From an uncultured Acidobacteriota bacterium (GTDB lineage: Bacteria; Acidobacteriota; Thermoanaerobaculia; Multivoradales; UBA5704): 64,000 nucleotides of DNA. The notes under the pieces were generated by a model. That model was not told the origin of the DNA. It saw nothing but the letters and a program-made list of their open reading frames with translations, and made no database searches. Both the position numbers and the translations under genes were made by a program. The stretch lies in NCBI GenBank assembly GCA_963700145.1, contig OY969474.1, forward strand, positions 4,928,001 through 4,992,000. Direction: 5' to 3'. Below, in pieces: positions 22,201 through 31,741 of the stretch (position 1 is the stretch's first letter; every line of letters starts with the position of its first letter).

Positions 22201-22590
22201 CGACTCGCCCTTCCAGGCGATACCGAGGTTGAACCAGGTGTGGGGGAGCGACGGGTCCTGCCGCTGCACGCGCTCGAGCTCGGCGATCCCCTCCGCCTCC
22301 CGCCCGGCGCGCAGGAGCGCCAGGCCGAGGTTCAGCCGCTCGCGCAGCGAGTCCGGCGCTAGCGCCAGCGCCTTTTCGAGCTCCGCAACCGCCTCGTTGT
22401 GGGTCGTGGGGTTTTCGTAGAAGGCCTTGCCGAGGTTGCGGTGGTGCCAGAGGAGCTCCTCGCGCGGCATCGCGACGGGCGCGCCGCCGTTCGCGATCGC
22501 AGCTAGCGCGCCGTCCTTCGGCGCGACCGCCGCCGCGAGGAGGAGGGCCGCCAGCGCCGCGAGCGGGAGGGCCCCGCGCGGCGGCGTCAC
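19246..22590 (-). CDS. secreted TPR + FG-GAP repeat + ASPIC/UnbV domain protein
   Basis: Signal peptide, TPR helices and DFDNDG/DVDRDG repeats. PLHFGLG..VRITWPNG (ASPIC/UnbV) followed by an SGSCPMIFTWNG domain. GTGA-coupled start. Confidence 0.85.
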   Translation of the reverse strand: MTPPRGALPLAALAALLLAAAVAPKDGALAAIANGGAPVAMPREELLWHHRNLGKAFYENPTTHNEAVAELEKALALAPDSLRERLNLGLALLRAGREAEGIAELERVQRQDPSLPHTWFNLGIAWKGESQYEKALAQFERMVELVPDEPISHYNLGYLYKLTGAAERALPHFERAAALDPNFAAPRFQLWNVYRQAGREADAARVKAEFDRLKELQKNAAVPEDVDWSWYAELYDPPESREPAAAPGPLAWEAKELGARVKTGGGLAVLDADGDRRPDLLAWDENGAKLFSGGNEPRESGLEGVRGAVAVVPGDFDNDGLADLCVLTGGEAPGAALWRNGGGRFTRVTAPLPAGPYLKCLWLDFDHDYDLDLLLLGKDSRLLRNQGADHLVQPTPAQRGEPPAAPGPPGAGWGDETARFPFVAGEALDAAALDLVADSQGIDVAVSFAGRPGVLYRDRLGGRFEVEELPALPAGARGLVAADVDRDGWTDLVSSAGVLLNARSFAGELRPAAGSSLTQAPFAFADFGNRGAGDLATAAGVRSDLGGGGFGEPQAPPGFPAAAAAAADFDADGRVDLAALGADGALRLLANRTENGHRWLAVALDGVKNLKLAAGAEVEVKAGTSFQKKHYAGVPLHFGLGARPEADTVRITWPNGLIQNEPKRAAGELLAFKEAPRLSGSCPMIFTWNGERFEFITDVLGVAPLGASAGDGQYFPVDHDEVIQVPGAALAAVDGRYEVRITEELREVAYLDQVRLLAVDHPAAVEVLTNDKFKGPPFPEFRLFGVERRLPPVAARDHLGNDVLPRLLARDRAYPDAFRRDHAGIAELHHLELDFGGAAPDGRALLVLSGWVDWADGSTFLGAAQAAPGGLVMPYLQVKDERGAWKTVLEDMGIPAGKPKTIVVDLTVKWLSAARAVRIVTSLCVYWDEIFLAEAAGEPPLALAEVPAESADLSFRGFSRPVIHPERKQPESFDYQSWMPVSMWNPTPGLYTRYGGVRELLAAVDDRMVVMGSGDELRLRFDARTLPPLPPGWRRDFLLWVDGWAKDGDANTAYSQTVEPLPFHGMSQYPYPESERFPDGPEHRAYRERYNTRPALRLLRPLAERVEQSVTLSP

Positions 22591-24347
22591 CGCGGCGCTC
22601 TCCCCTCTCCCTCCCGCACCGTCGTGTAGCGCCCGAGGGGCGCGTCGAAGCGCTCGACGCGCCCGTCCGGCCAGCGCACCTCGACGGAATCCACCTTCTC
22701 GACCGCCCCCAGCCCGACGTGCACCCGTGTCGTGCTCTGGCCGGCGTAGCCGTTGCCGCCGTTGACCTCGCGGATCCAGGTCGCGGACCCGGCGCGCACC
22801 GTCACCCGGGCGCCGATCGCGTTGGGGTTCGGGCCGGCGCCGGCGAGCTTCAGCCCCAGCCACCGCCCGGGGCCCGGCGAGGTGTTGCGGTAGAGCAGCG
22901 CCGGCTGGCCGGCGTTGGTCTGGTAGAAGTCGAGCCGGCCGTCGTCGTCGAGGTCGGTGACACCGAGGCCGCGGCCGTCGCGGTCGTTGTCCACGCCCGC
23001 CGCCGCCGCCACCTCCTTGAAGGTGCCGCCGCCCAGGTTGCGGAAGAGCTTCTTCTTCTGGAAGCCGCTCCAGCTCCTGTCGCCGATCGCCGGCCAGAGC
23101 CGCACGTCGGTGAAGTCAACATTCGGGCGCAGGATCAGCTCCAGCACCAGCGGGATGTACTCCTCCGGCCCGGCGGAGCGCAGGCCGTCGGTGGCGAAGA
23201 GGTCCTCCCAGCCGTCGTTGTCGAAGTCGGCGAACTTGGCCGCCCACCCCCAGAGCGAGTTGCAGGTGCCGGTCTCCTTGGCCACGTCGGTGAAGCGCAC
23301 CCGCCCGTCTGCGCCGCGCCCCTCGTTGTGCCAGAGCATGTTGCACTCGCGCATGTAGTCGTCGGTGATGTTGGTGACGTAGACGTCGAGCCGGCCGTCG
23401 CGGTCGTAGTCGCCGACATCGACGTTCATCCCCTTCTTGGTGTCGAAGCCGATCGCCTCCTTGGTGGCGTCCTCGAACGTCCCGTCGCCGCGGTTCCAGT
23501 ACAGCCGGTCGGTGCCGTAGTCGCCGGCCAGGTAGAGGTCCTGGTCGCCGTCGTCGTCGAGGTCGGCGTGGCCGATGTCGAGCGTCCAGCCGGTGTGCGC
23601 GTTAAGGCCCGCCTTCTCGCTGACCTCGACGAAGCGCGGGCGCCCGGTGCCCGGCTCGGTCGAGTTCCGCCAGAGCGACACGCCGCCGCCGTTGACCGCC
23701 TCGTCGAGGTTGTTGGGCAGCACGTGCGGCGTCGGCAGCTCGATCAGGTTGACCGGCTTGAAGTAGTGGCCGAAGAGGAGGTCGAGGCGGCCGTCGCCGT
23801 CGGCGTCGAAGGCGATGGCGGCGATGGTGTTGCCGAACTCGGTCTCGAGGCCGGAGCCGGCGGTGACGTCGGCGAAGCGGCCGCCGCCGAGGTTGCGGTA
23901 GAGCAGCGGCGTGCCGAAACGGGCCACCAGCAGGTCGGGCCGGCCGTCGCCGTCGGCCTCGAACCAGAGGGCGTCGGCGACGATCGACAGCCGGTCGTTG
24001 CCGCCGGCGACGCCGGCCTGGGCCGCCACCTCGGTGAAGCGCAGGGCGCCGGAGGGCACCCGCTCGTTGCGCAGCAGGCGGTTGGGGCGGCCGGCGTCGG
24101 AGTCGGTGACGAAGAGGTCCTCGTCGCCGTCGCCGTCGTAGTCGGCCACCGCCACCGCCGAGCCGCCGGCGGTGAAGGTCTCGAGCACGTCGGCGTGCGG
24201 CCCGGCGAACTGCCGCAGGTGGTGCGGCAGCCGCGCGCCGGCGGCCTCGCCGATCTCCTCGAAGCGGATGGGCGGCGGCGCGGGCGCGGCGCCGGCCAGG
24301 GCGACGGCGAGGAGCGCCACGGCGCAGGGGCGGCCGCCGGTCGTCAG
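22587..24347 (-). CDS. CRTAC1-family FG-GAP / ASPIC-UnbV protein
   Basis: DxDxDGxxDL repeats and NAIGARV..GNGYAGQS..VHVGLG..VRWPDG. Start is either a coupled CTG at 24347 or GTG 24320. Confidence 0.85.
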   Translation of the reverse strand: MTTGGRPCAVALLAVALAGAAPAPPPIRFEEIGEAAGARLPHHLRQFAGPHADVLETFTAGGSAVAVADYDGDGDEDLFVTDSDAGRPNRLLRNERVPSGALRFTEVAAQAGVAGGNDRLSIVADALWFEADGDGRPDLLVARFGTPLLYRNLGGGRFADVTAGSGLETEFGNTIAAIAFDADGDGRLDLLFGHYFKPVNLIELPTPHVLPNNLDEAVNGGGVSLWRNSTEPGTGRPRFVEVSEKAGLNAHTGWTLDIGHADLDDDGDQDLYLAGDYGTDRLYWNRGDGTFEDATKEAIGFDTKKGMNVDVGDYDRDGRLDVYVTNITDDYMRECNMLWHNEGRGADGRVRFTDVAKETGTCNSLWGWAAKFADFDNDGWEDLFATDGLRSAGPEEYIPLVLELILRPNVDFTDVRLWPAIGDRSWSGFQKKKLFRNLGGGTFKEVAAAAGVDNDRDGRGLGVTDLDDDGRLDFYQTNAGQPALLYRNTSPGPGRWLGLKLAGAGPNPNAIGARVTVRAGSATWIREVNGGNGYAGQSTTRVHVGLGAVEKVDSVEVRWPDGRVERFDAPLGRYTTVREGEGRAPR

Positions 24348-25060
24348 GGCTCGGCCCACAGCGGCGCCAGGCTGGTGTCCACCCGCTCGTTGGAGTCGAG
24401 CTGGTCGTAGATGTAGGCCGAGAGGTCGTCGCCGTCGCGGGCGAGGCGGGCCTGGAGCTGCGCCGTGCCGGGGAAGTGGGTCGCCCCTTCGCGCCAGACC
24501 GCGCGCGCCTTCTCCGGCTGCTCGGTCCGCCAGTAGGCGTCGCCGAGGGCGACGTAGACCCGGGCGTGCACCGGGCGCCGCTTGGGCTCGCGCTTGACCA
24601 GCGCGATTGCCTCCTCCAGGTCGGCGACCGCCAGCGGCCCCTTGCCGAAGACCGGCGGCCAGTAGAGGTAGCTGTTGCCGCGGGTGTAGAGGGCGAGCCA
24701 GGCGCGCTCGAGCTCGATCGACCTGGTGAACTTCTCGAGCGCGTGGTTGGCCAGGATGACGCGGGTGATCGCGCCCGCCGCCGGGATCTTGTCGACGTAG
24801 GCGTAGCCGTAGTTGAGCCAGGCGTTGGCCGACTTCGGGTGCGCGGCGACGAGGCGCTCGAAGAACGCGATGGCGCGATCGTACTCGCCGGCGCGGATGA
24901 CCGCCATGCGGTAGTCGCTGGCCGGGCGCGGGCCGTTGGGGTCGGCGGCGACTGCCTGCTCGAGCTGGGCCAGCGCCGGTGGCGCGTCGGCCGCCGCGGC
25001 GGGCGCGAGCGCTCCCCACAGGAGGAGCGCCGCCGCGCCGCGTAAAGCGTCGTGTCTCAT
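24344..25060 (-). CDS. secreted TPR protein
   Basis: Signal peptide ending AAAA-DAP and TPR-like helices. ATG overlaps the upstream stop. Confidence 0.8.
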   Translation of the reverse strand: MRHDALRGAAALLLWGALAPAAAADAPPALAQLEQAVAADPNGPRPASDYRMAVIRAGEYDRAIAFFERLVAAHPKSANAWLNYGYAYVDKIPAAGAITRVILANHALEKFTRSIELERAWLALYTRGNSYLYWPPVFGKGPLAVADLEEAIALVKREPKRRPVHARVYVALGDAYWRTEQPEKARAVWREGATHFPGTAQLQARLARDGDDLSAYIYDQLDSNERVDTSLAPLWAEP

Positions 25061-26871
25061 CGTCTGCCCTCCTGCGCCGCCGGCAGGGCCTGCAGCTCCG
25101 GCTCCCCTTCGACGATCCGGTACAGCCGCCCGGCGGCGAAGCCGGCGAAGCGCTGCCGCTCGCCCGACGGCCACTGGACCTCCAGCGCCTCGGCGCGCTC
25201 GGCGGCGCCGAGCCCGAAGTGGACCCGGTGGCTGCTCTGGCCGGCGAAGCCGTTGCCGCCGTCCAGCCAGCGGACCAGCCGCCGGCCGCCGGCGGTGAGC
25301 GCCAGGCGCGCTCCCACCGCGTCGCGGTTCGAGCGCCGCCCCTCGAGCTGGAACGCCACCCAGTGGGCGCCGGTCGGCAGGCGGTTGCGGTAGAGGTGCG
25401 GCGCGGCGTTGGCGTTGGCCACGAAGAGGTCCTGGCGGCCGTCGCGGTCGAGGTCGGCGACCGCCACGCCGCGGCCGTCGCGCTGCGAGTCGAGCCCGTG
25501 GCGCGGCGCCTCGTCGCGGAAGGCCCCGCCCTGGTTGTGGAAGAGGCGGTCGCGCTGGTAGCCGGAGAGGCTGCGCTCTCCCATCGGCGGCCAGTTTCGC
25601 ACGTCGGCCAGGTCCACCCCCTCGCGCAGGATCATCTCGAAGATCAGCGGCACGTAGCTCTCCGTCCCCGCCGACACCCAGCCGTTGACCACGAAGAGGT
25701 CGAGCCGGCCGTCGTTGTCGTAGTCGAGGAACTTCCCTCCCCAACCCCACCCGGTGTCGTGAGTGCCGGTCTCGCGGGACACGTCGGTGAAGCGCGGGCC
25801 GCCGCCGTCCGGCGCCGGGCCGTCGTTGTGCCAGAGGAAGTTGCCCTCGCGCATGTAGTCGTCGGTGATGTTGGTGACGTAGACGTCCGGCCGGCCGTCG
25901 CCGTCGTAGTCCCCCCACTCGGCGTTCATCCCCTTCTTGGTGTCGATGCCGAGGGCGGACGCGGTGACGTCGCGGAAGCGCGGCGCCCCCGGCCGGCTGT
26001 CGTTGACGAAGAAGCGGTCGGTGCCGAAGTCGCAGGCGACGTAGAGGTCCTCGTCGCCGTCGCCGTCAGCGTCGCCGTGGCCGAGGTCGAGGGTCCAGCC
26101 GCTCTGCGCCAGGCCGGCGGCGGCGGTCTCGTCGGCGAAGCGCACACGGCCGGCCGCGTCCGGCCCCAGGTTGCGGTAGAAGGTCACGCCGCCGCCATTC
26201 TGGGCGGTCTCGAAGCTCTCGGGGAAGAAGCGCGGCGTCTGCGGCTGGAAGAGGTCGACCGGCTGGAAGTAGGAGCCGACGAGGAGGTCGAGGCGGCCGT
26301 CGCGGTCGGCGTCGAAGGCGAGGGCGGCGAGGGCGTTGGCGTGGCCGTCGAGCCCGGCCTCGCGCGTCACCTCGCGGAAGCGGCCGCGCCCCTCGTTGCG
26401 GAAGAGCAGGCTCCGCCCGCAGCGGGCGACGAAGAGGTCCTGGCGGCCGTCGCCGTCGTAGTCGAGCCAGAGGGCGTCGGTGGTGGCGTTGCGGGCGTCG
26501 TTGCCCGCCGCCACCCCGGCCGCCCGCGCCACGTCGGCGAAGGCCAGTCGCCCGCGCTCGCCGCTCAGGTTGCGGTAGAGGTGGTTGGGGGCGCCGGCGG
26601 CCGAGTCGGTGACGAAGAGGTCCTCCCAGCCGTCGCCGTCGAAGTCGCCCACCGCCACCGCGGCGCCCAAGGCGGTGTAGCCGGCCATGATCTCGGCATA
26701 GGGGTTCTCGAAGGCGCGGTTGGTGTGCCGGGAGGTGATGCCGGCCGCCGCGGCGACCTCCTCGAACCACGCCGCGGCGGGCGCGGCGGCCTCCTGGCCG
26801 GCGACGGCGAGGCTCAAACAGCCGCCGAGGCCGGCGGCGGCGACCAACGATCGGCCCCAGGCGGCCCCCAT
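25057..26871 (-). CDS. CRTAC1-family FG-GAP / ASPIC-UnbV protein (paralog of 22587-24347)
   Basis: Shares DTKKGMN, YVTNITDDYMRE and GWTLD motifs with the downstream paralog. C-terminal ASPIC/UnbV domain. Confidence 0.85.
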   Translation of the reverse strand: MGAAWGRSLVAAAGLGGCLSLAVAGQEAAAPAAAWFEEVAAAAGITSRHTNRAFENPYAEIMAGYTALGAAVAVGDFDGDGWEDLFVTDSAAGAPNHLYRNLSGERGRLAFADVARAAGVAAGNDARNATTDALWLDYDGDGRQDLFVARCGRSLLFRNEGRGRFREVTREAGLDGHANALAALAFDADRDGRLDLLVGSYFQPVDLFQPQTPRFFPESFETAQNGGGVTFYRNLGPDAAGRVRFADETAAAGLAQSGWTLDLGHGDADGDGDEDLYVACDFGTDRFFVNDSRPGAPRFRDVTASALGIDTKKGMNAEWGDYDGDGRPDVYVTNITDDYMREGNFLWHNDGPAPDGGGPRFTDVSRETGTHDTGWGWGGKFLDYDNDGRLDLFVVNGWVSAGTESYVPLIFEMILREGVDLADVRNWPPMGERSLSGYQRDRLFHNQGGAFRDEAPRHGLDSQRDGRGVAVADLDRDGRQDLFVANANAAPHLYRNRLPTGAHWVAFQLEGRRSNRDAVGARLALTAGGRRLVRWLDGGNGFAGQSSHRVHFGLGAAERAEALEVQWPSGERQRFAGFAAGRLYRIVEGEPELQALPAAQEGRR

Positions 26872-26898
26872 CGCGCGACGGCTAAGCGACAACCGAGC

Positions 26899-29358
26899 CT
26901 ACGACGCCGGCCGCGCCGGATAGCGCTTCTCGACCAGCGGGCCGGAGCCCTCGGTGATCTCGACGATGCGGTTGCCGGCGACGCCGGCGAAGCGCTGCAC
27001 GATCCCCGAGGCCGGCCAGCGCACGGTCAGCTCGTCCACCGCCGCCGCGCCGCCGAGGCCGAAGTGCAGGCGCAGGGCGTTCTGCGAGCCGTAGCCGTCG
27101 CCGAGCACGACCTCGCGGCTCTGGGTGATGCCGCCGGCGCGCGCCGTCACCCGCGCCCCCACCCCGTCGCGGTTGGAGCGCGTGCCCACCAGCTCCACCT
27201 GCAGCCAGTGGCGTGGCGTCGCGAGCTGGTTGCGCAGCAGCGCGTGGCGGTCGGTGCTGGCCGCCACCGCGATGTCGAGGGCGCCGCGGTTCCAGAAGTC
27301 GGCCACGGCGATGCCGCGGCTGTTGCGCAGCAGGTCGGTGCCGGCGGCGCGGCCGATCTCGCGGAAGCGCACGCGGCCGTCGTGTCCCGGCCCCAGGCTG
27401 CGCAGGTGGCGGTTGCGCTCCCAGCCGTGCCAGGAGCGGCCGCGGAAGTTCGCGGGGTCGAAGAGGCGGCCGTTCTTGTAGGTCCGCTGGTTCCCCACCA
27501 CCTGGTCGAGGAACTCCAGCTCGATCTCGGTGCCCCGCCGGCCGTAGACCCAGCCGTTGGCGCTGTAGATGTCCTGCCAGCCGTCGTTGTCGAAGTCGTA
27601 GAAGCCGGAGCCCCAGAACCAGCCGAGCGGGTTGGCGCCGGCGTCCCAGGTGACGTCCTCGAAGCGGCCGCCGCCGCGGTTGCGCAGCAGCGTGTTGCCC
27701 GAGGCCATCTTCTGGAACACCCCGACGAAGCCGAAGCCCGACTGGCGGAAGATCTCGAAGTAGAGCGGCATGTCGGTGCGCCACACCCCCTGGCGGAAGG
27801 AATTGGCCATGTAGCGCGCCACCGTCGGGGCCTCGGCGAACCAGGCGTGCTCGGAGCGGATGTCGGCGACGTAGAGGTCGAAGAGGCCGTCGTTGTCGTA
27901 GTCGCCGAAGGAGGCGCTCATGCCGGCGCCGTAGGCGAGAGTGCCGGCGTCCACCGTCACGTCGCTGAAGGTGACCTCGCCGGAGCCGTCGTCGCCGTCG
28001 TTGCGATAGAGGGTGCTGCGCCCGAAGTCGTTGACGGCGTAGAGGTCGGGGTCGCCGTCGTCGTCGTAGTCACCCCACACCGAGCCCAGGCCGAGGCCGG
28101 TGTCCCCCACGCCCGCCGCCGCCGTGACGTTGGTGAAGCGGCCGCCGCCGTCGTTGCGGTAGAGCTGGTTGGGCTCGCCGTTGCGGGCGTAGAAGGTGGT
28201 GGGGATCTTGGTCCGCGGGTCGAGATAGCGGCCGACGTAGAGGTCGAGGTCGCCGTCGAGGTCGTAGTCGGCGAAGGAGGCGACGGTGGTGCAGCAGTCG
28301 GCCCCGAGGCCGGAGCGGGCAGTGGCGTCCGTGAAGCGCACCTGCCCGGCGGCGTCCCGGCCGCGGCTCAGGAAGAGCTGGTTGGGGCGGAAGGTGCGGC
28401 TGACGAAGAGGTCGCGCCAGCCGTCGCCGTCGACGTCGGCGAAGAGCCCGACCGAGGCGCCGTCGAGACCGGCCAGGCCGGCGGCGGCGGTGACGTCGGC
28501 GAAGCGGCCGTCGCCGGTGTTGCGGAAGAGGCGCGACTCGACGCCGTCGGGGACGAAGAGGTCGTAGAGGCCGTCGTTGTCGAAGTCGGCGGCGGTGATG
28601 CCGCCGGGGCCGTAGCGGATCATGCCGAAGCGGAGCGGCTGGTCGAGGAAGCCGGGGTAGTAGCGGTTGCGGAAGGCGATCCCGGCCGCCGGTCCGACAT
28701 CGGCGAAGTGCGGCCGGCCGCCGGCCACCCGCTCTCCTTCGACCAGGGTCGCCTCGACGAGCGCCGGGCGTCCGTCCGCGGCGGTGAAGCGGGCGCGCAC
28801 CAGGGCGCGGTCGATGACCGGCCGGCCGCCGCTCGTGCCCAGCAGCTCGAAGCGCAGGACCGCGCGCAGGTCCCGCGGGTCGCTCCAGCTCTCGACGCGG
28901 TGAAGGTGGACGCCGACCTCCTCGATCCGCTCGAGGCGCGCGAGGTAGTCCCGCCACTCCGCGAGCGCCGCCGCGCGGCCGGCCGTCCCCGCCGCCGGCG
29001 CCCAGCGCAGGGTGGCGACGCCGTCCTTCTCGTCCACCGGCAGGAGGCGGTTGAGGCCCAACGGCCGGCCGCGGTAGCCGGGAGCGTAGTGCTCCGCCAC
29101 ACCCGCCAGGTCGCGCGCCTGGAGTGCCTGCCCGATCTCGCCGAGGACCGCGACCAGCCCGCGGCCGGTCGCGAAGAAACGGCGCCCGCGCCGCTCGGCG
29201 TGCGCCAGGAGCGCCCAGCAGGAAGCGGCGAGCGCGACCAGGGCGAGGACGACGATCCAAGGCGCTCGCCGGCGGCGGCGCGGCGGCGCCTCGGGGCGCA
29301 CCTCCGGTGCCTCTTCGAAGGGCGGGAACTCCTCAGGCTCGGCGGGCAGCGGCAGCAT
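26899..29358 (-). CDS. membrane-anchored CRTAC1-family FG-GAP / ASPIC-UnbV protein
   Basis: N-terminal TM helix, an extra ~150-aa domain, FG-GAP repeats and GDGYGSQN..LHFGLG..VRWP. Confidence 0.85.
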   Translation of the reverse strand: MLPLPAEPEEFPPFEEAPEVRPEAPPRRRRRAPWIVVLALVALAASCWALLAHAERRGRRFFATGRGLVAVLGEIGQALQARDLAGVAEHYAPGYRGRPLGLNRLLPVDEKDGVATLRWAPAAGTAGRAAALAEWRDYLARLERIEEVGVHLHRVESWSDPRDLRAVLRFELLGTSGGRPVIDRALVRARFTAADGRPALVEATLVEGERVAGGRPHFADVGPAAGIAFRNRYYPGFLDQPLRFGMIRYGPGGITAADFDNDGLYDLFVPDGVESRLFRNTGDGRFADVTAAAGLAGLDGASVGLFADVDGDGWRDLFVSRTFRPNQLFLSRGRDAAGQVRFTDATARSGLGADCCTTVASFADYDLDGDLDLYVGRYLDPRTKIPTTFYARNGEPNQLYRNDGGGRFTNVTAAAGVGDTGLGLGSVWGDYDDDGDPDLYAVNDFGRSTLYRNDGDDGSGEVTFSDVTVDAGTLAYGAGMSASFGDYDNDGLFDLYVADIRSEHAWFAEAPTVARYMANSFRQGVWRTDMPLYFEIFRQSGFGFVGVFQKMASGNTLLRNRGGGRFEDVTWDAGANPLGWFWGSGFYDFDNDGWQDIYSANGWVYGRRGTEIELEFLDQVVGNQRTYKNGRLFDPANFRGRSWHGWERNRHLRSLGPGHDGRVRFREIGRAAGTDLLRNSRGIAVADFWNRGALDIAVAASTDRHALLRNQLATPRHWLQVELVGTRSNRDGVGARVTARAGGITQSREVVLGDGYGSQNALRLHFGLGGAAAVDELTVRWPASGIVQRFAGVAGNRIVEITEGSGPLVEKRYPARPAS

Positions 29359-29436
29359 GCGTCGGGGTTAGCCCAAGTACCTAAGCATTTTAACCACCGG
29401 CCGCGCCGCCGTCCAGGCCGGTATATCGTGCCCGCC

Positions 29437-30447
29437 ATGGACGGGAGACTCCGCTACGCCGCCGCCGCCTGCCAGACCGATTTCGGCAACCCCGCCGACC
29501 GCGGCGGCATCAAGCCCCACACCGACCGCATGCTGGCGATGATCGCCCAGGCGGTCGAGGGCTACGCCCCCTTCCTGCCGGTCAAGCTGGTGGTCTTCCC
29601 CGAGTTCGCGCACGCCGCGCCGGTCTACCCCACCGCTCGCGAGCTGCTCGACAAGCTCGCTCTCCCGGTCCCCAACGAGCACACCGAGCGCTACGTCGAG
29701 AAGGCGCGGGAATACGGGGTCTACGTCCAGACCGGGAGCTTCCTCGAGAGCGACGAGCGCTGGCCGGGCGTGGTCTTCAACACCACCTGCCTGATCGGCC
29801 CCGAAGGGATCCTCAGCAAGTACCGCAAGGTCAACCCCTGGATCCCCTGGGAGGTGCACGCCAGCCCGCACGACCTGCCGGGCTACGACGAGGAGATGTT
29901 CCCGGTCGTCGACACGCCGATCGGCAAGCTAGGGGTGGCCATCTGCTACGACTGGCTCTTCCCGGAGGCCCTGCGCCAGCTCACCGCCAACGGCGCCGAG
30001 GTGCTGATCCGGGTCTCGGCCTACATGGACCCCTGGGGGGCGACGCCGCCGATGGATTGGTGGACAGTCGTCAACCGCTGCCGCGCGCTCGAGAACGTGG
30101 CCTACGTCGTGGCCTCCAACCAGGCGGCGAGCCTCGCCCACTACCCCCCGTTCTCCTGGCCCGGCGGCAGCATGGTCGTGGACTTCGAGGGGCGGGTGCT
30201 CGCCCAGGCCGACCCGGGGCCGGGGGAGAAGATCGTCGTCGGCCCGGTGGACATCGACGCCCTGCGCCACGAGCGCGCGGTCCGCCGCGGCCACCAGACC
30301 CTCGCCCACCTGCGCAGCGAGTGCTACCCGATGTACCGCGAGAGCTTCTACCCGCCCGAGCGTGGCGCCGAGCGCGAGAAGCTCAGCGTCGAGGGCAACG
30401 ACGAAGCGATCGCGTCGGCCAAGGGGAAGCTCGGCTACGGCACCTGA
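29437..30447 (+). CDS. nitrilase / carbon-nitrogen hydrolase family protein
   Basis: Glu-Lys-Cys triad: VVFPEF, KYRKV and ICYDWLFPE. Confidence 0.9.
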   Translation: MDGRLRYAAAACQTDFGNPADRGGIKPHTDRMLAMIAQAVEGYAPFLPVKLVVFPEFAHAAPVYPTARELLDKLALPVPNEHTERYVEKAREYGVYVQTGSFLESDERWPGVVFNTTCLIGPEGILSKYRKVNPWIPWEVHASPHDLPGYDEEMFPVVDTPIGKLGVAICYDWLFPEALRQLTANGAEVLIRVSAYMDPWGATPPMDWWTVVNRCRALENVAYVVASNQAASLAHYPPFSWPGGSMVVDFEGRVLAQADPGPGEKIVVGPVDIDALRHERAVRRGHQTLAHLRSECYPMYRESFYPPERGAEREKLSVEGNDEAIASAKGKLGYGT

Positions 30448-30498
30448 CGGCGGCCCCCGGCCCGCGCTCTGATGGTCAGCGGGCTAGGGGGCACCTTT

Positions 30499-31734
30499 CT
30501 ATACGGCGGCCCCCTGACCGGCGCCGGACGCCGCCTCGAGCCGATCCTGCAACCGCTTGTCGGGGTCCTCGAACCGGAGGATGTAGAGATTCGAGAGCGT
30601 GGCGGGGAACGCGCTGACGACGCCGTTCATGCTCATCATCCCGCGGGCGCCGGCGAAGGCTCCGGTCCCCCCGCGGAGCGGCCCGAAGCCACCCATCCGG
30701 AACACCGGGTAAGGCGCGCCCGGCAGGTAGGTGCGAAAGGCGCGCCCCTCCATCATGTTCGCGGACACCGAGCCGAGACTCCGGCCTTGGGAATCGTGGA
30801 AGGTGAAGACGCCTTCGGTGGTCTGCGCGGTGGTGACGGTGAACTGGTTTGCGAAGCTGCAATGGAGCATCGCCGACGCGGTCCCCACGATCTCCCCCGA
30901 CTGGGTGCTGCTTTGCATGCTTTCGTAATCGAAACCGATCCGGACCAGACGAAGGCGCTCGAACACCTGGGCGCCGACCGGCGAGTTGCCGGGCGGCCCG
31001 TGGACCAGCTGGATCGGCCGGTGTGGATCGGCCTCGCCGAGGAAGAACATGAACACGCCGGAGCCGGCGGGCGTCTGGCCTGCTCGCACCAGCGGCGGGA
31101 CGGGCGCTTTGGCCGTGAGCTGGCCGTTTGGATCCATCACTCGCAGAATCAGGTTGAGGGCCAGCGAATTGGGAGGAGTGATGAAGCCGTTGATCACCAT
31201 CGTGGCCCCGGGGAGCGTCTCGTCCGACAGGCCGTAGAGGGCGCCGAACCCCCCCAGGACGTTGATCACGGCACCGATGTTGAGCGAGCCGAACGAGCCG
31301 GCGAGCGGGAACGTGCGGCCGGAGCCGAACGCTTGAATGCCGCTCACCCTCCGGTCATGGAAGCTGAGCTGCCCGTTGAGCATGGTGAACCGCTGCGAGG
31401 TGAAGGGGTTCAGGATCGTGGGCGGGGGGGAGACGCCGGGGCTCGGGGCGTAGCTCTCCGGGATCGGCGTCCAACGGATGTTGACGTTGGCGATGGTTTG
31501 GTCGCTGATCAGGTTGCTTGCGCTCAAGCCCTGCGGCCCCATCGTCGTCACGACTTCGAAGCGGTGGAGCTCTTCGTTGACGTTGACCGCGGTCAAGAGC
31601 AACTGTCCCAGGGTCTGCGTCGCGATCGGCAGCAGCGGCACCGGCTGATTCGGGATCGCGTCAGGGGCGTCACTGTGTTTGTTGAAGATCGGAAAGTAGG
31701 CGGCGCTCTCGAGCAGACGGGTCACTTCGTCCAT
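30499..31734 (-). CDS. hypothetical protein with two dirigent/AOC-like beta-barrel repeats
   Basis: GGTGAFAGARG motif. Full-length similarity to the C-terminal half of 35647-38073. Confidence 0.7.
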   Translation of the reverse strand: MDEVTRLLESAAYFPIFNKHSDAPDAIPNQPVPLLPIATQTLGQLLLTAVNVNEELHRFEVVTTMGPQGLSASNLISDQTIANVNIRWTPIPESYAPSPGVSPPPTILNPFTSQRFTMLNGQLSFHDRRVSGIQAFGSGRTFPLAGSFGSLNIGAVINVLGGFGALYGLSDETLPGATMVINGFITPPNSLALNLILRVMDPNGQLTAKAPVPPLVRAGQTPAGSGVFMFFLGEADPHRPIQLVHGPPGNSPVGAQVFERLRLVRIGFDYESMQSSTQSGEIVGTASAMLHCSFANQFTVTTAQTTEGVFTFHDSQGRSLGSVSANMMEGRAFRTYLPGAPYPVFRMGGFGPLRGGTGAFAGARGMMSMNGVVSAFPATLSNLYILRFEDPDKRLQDRLEAASGAGQGAAV

Positions 31735-31741
31735 TGCGTGC

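Noticed and set aside
19246-29358. Recurring gtcgccgtcg/gtcgaagtc repeats as a CRISPR or DNA repeat array
   Set aside because: They are codons of DxDxDG FG-GAP repeats, with no constant repeat-spacer period and no cas genes.
24979-29436. 1822-aa plus-strand ORF and other very long antisense ORFs (e.g. 37711-40764, 40996-43410)
   Set aside because: Shadow frames of high-GC minus-strand genes. Only 29437-30447 of the 1822-aa ORF has real motifs (nitrilase).
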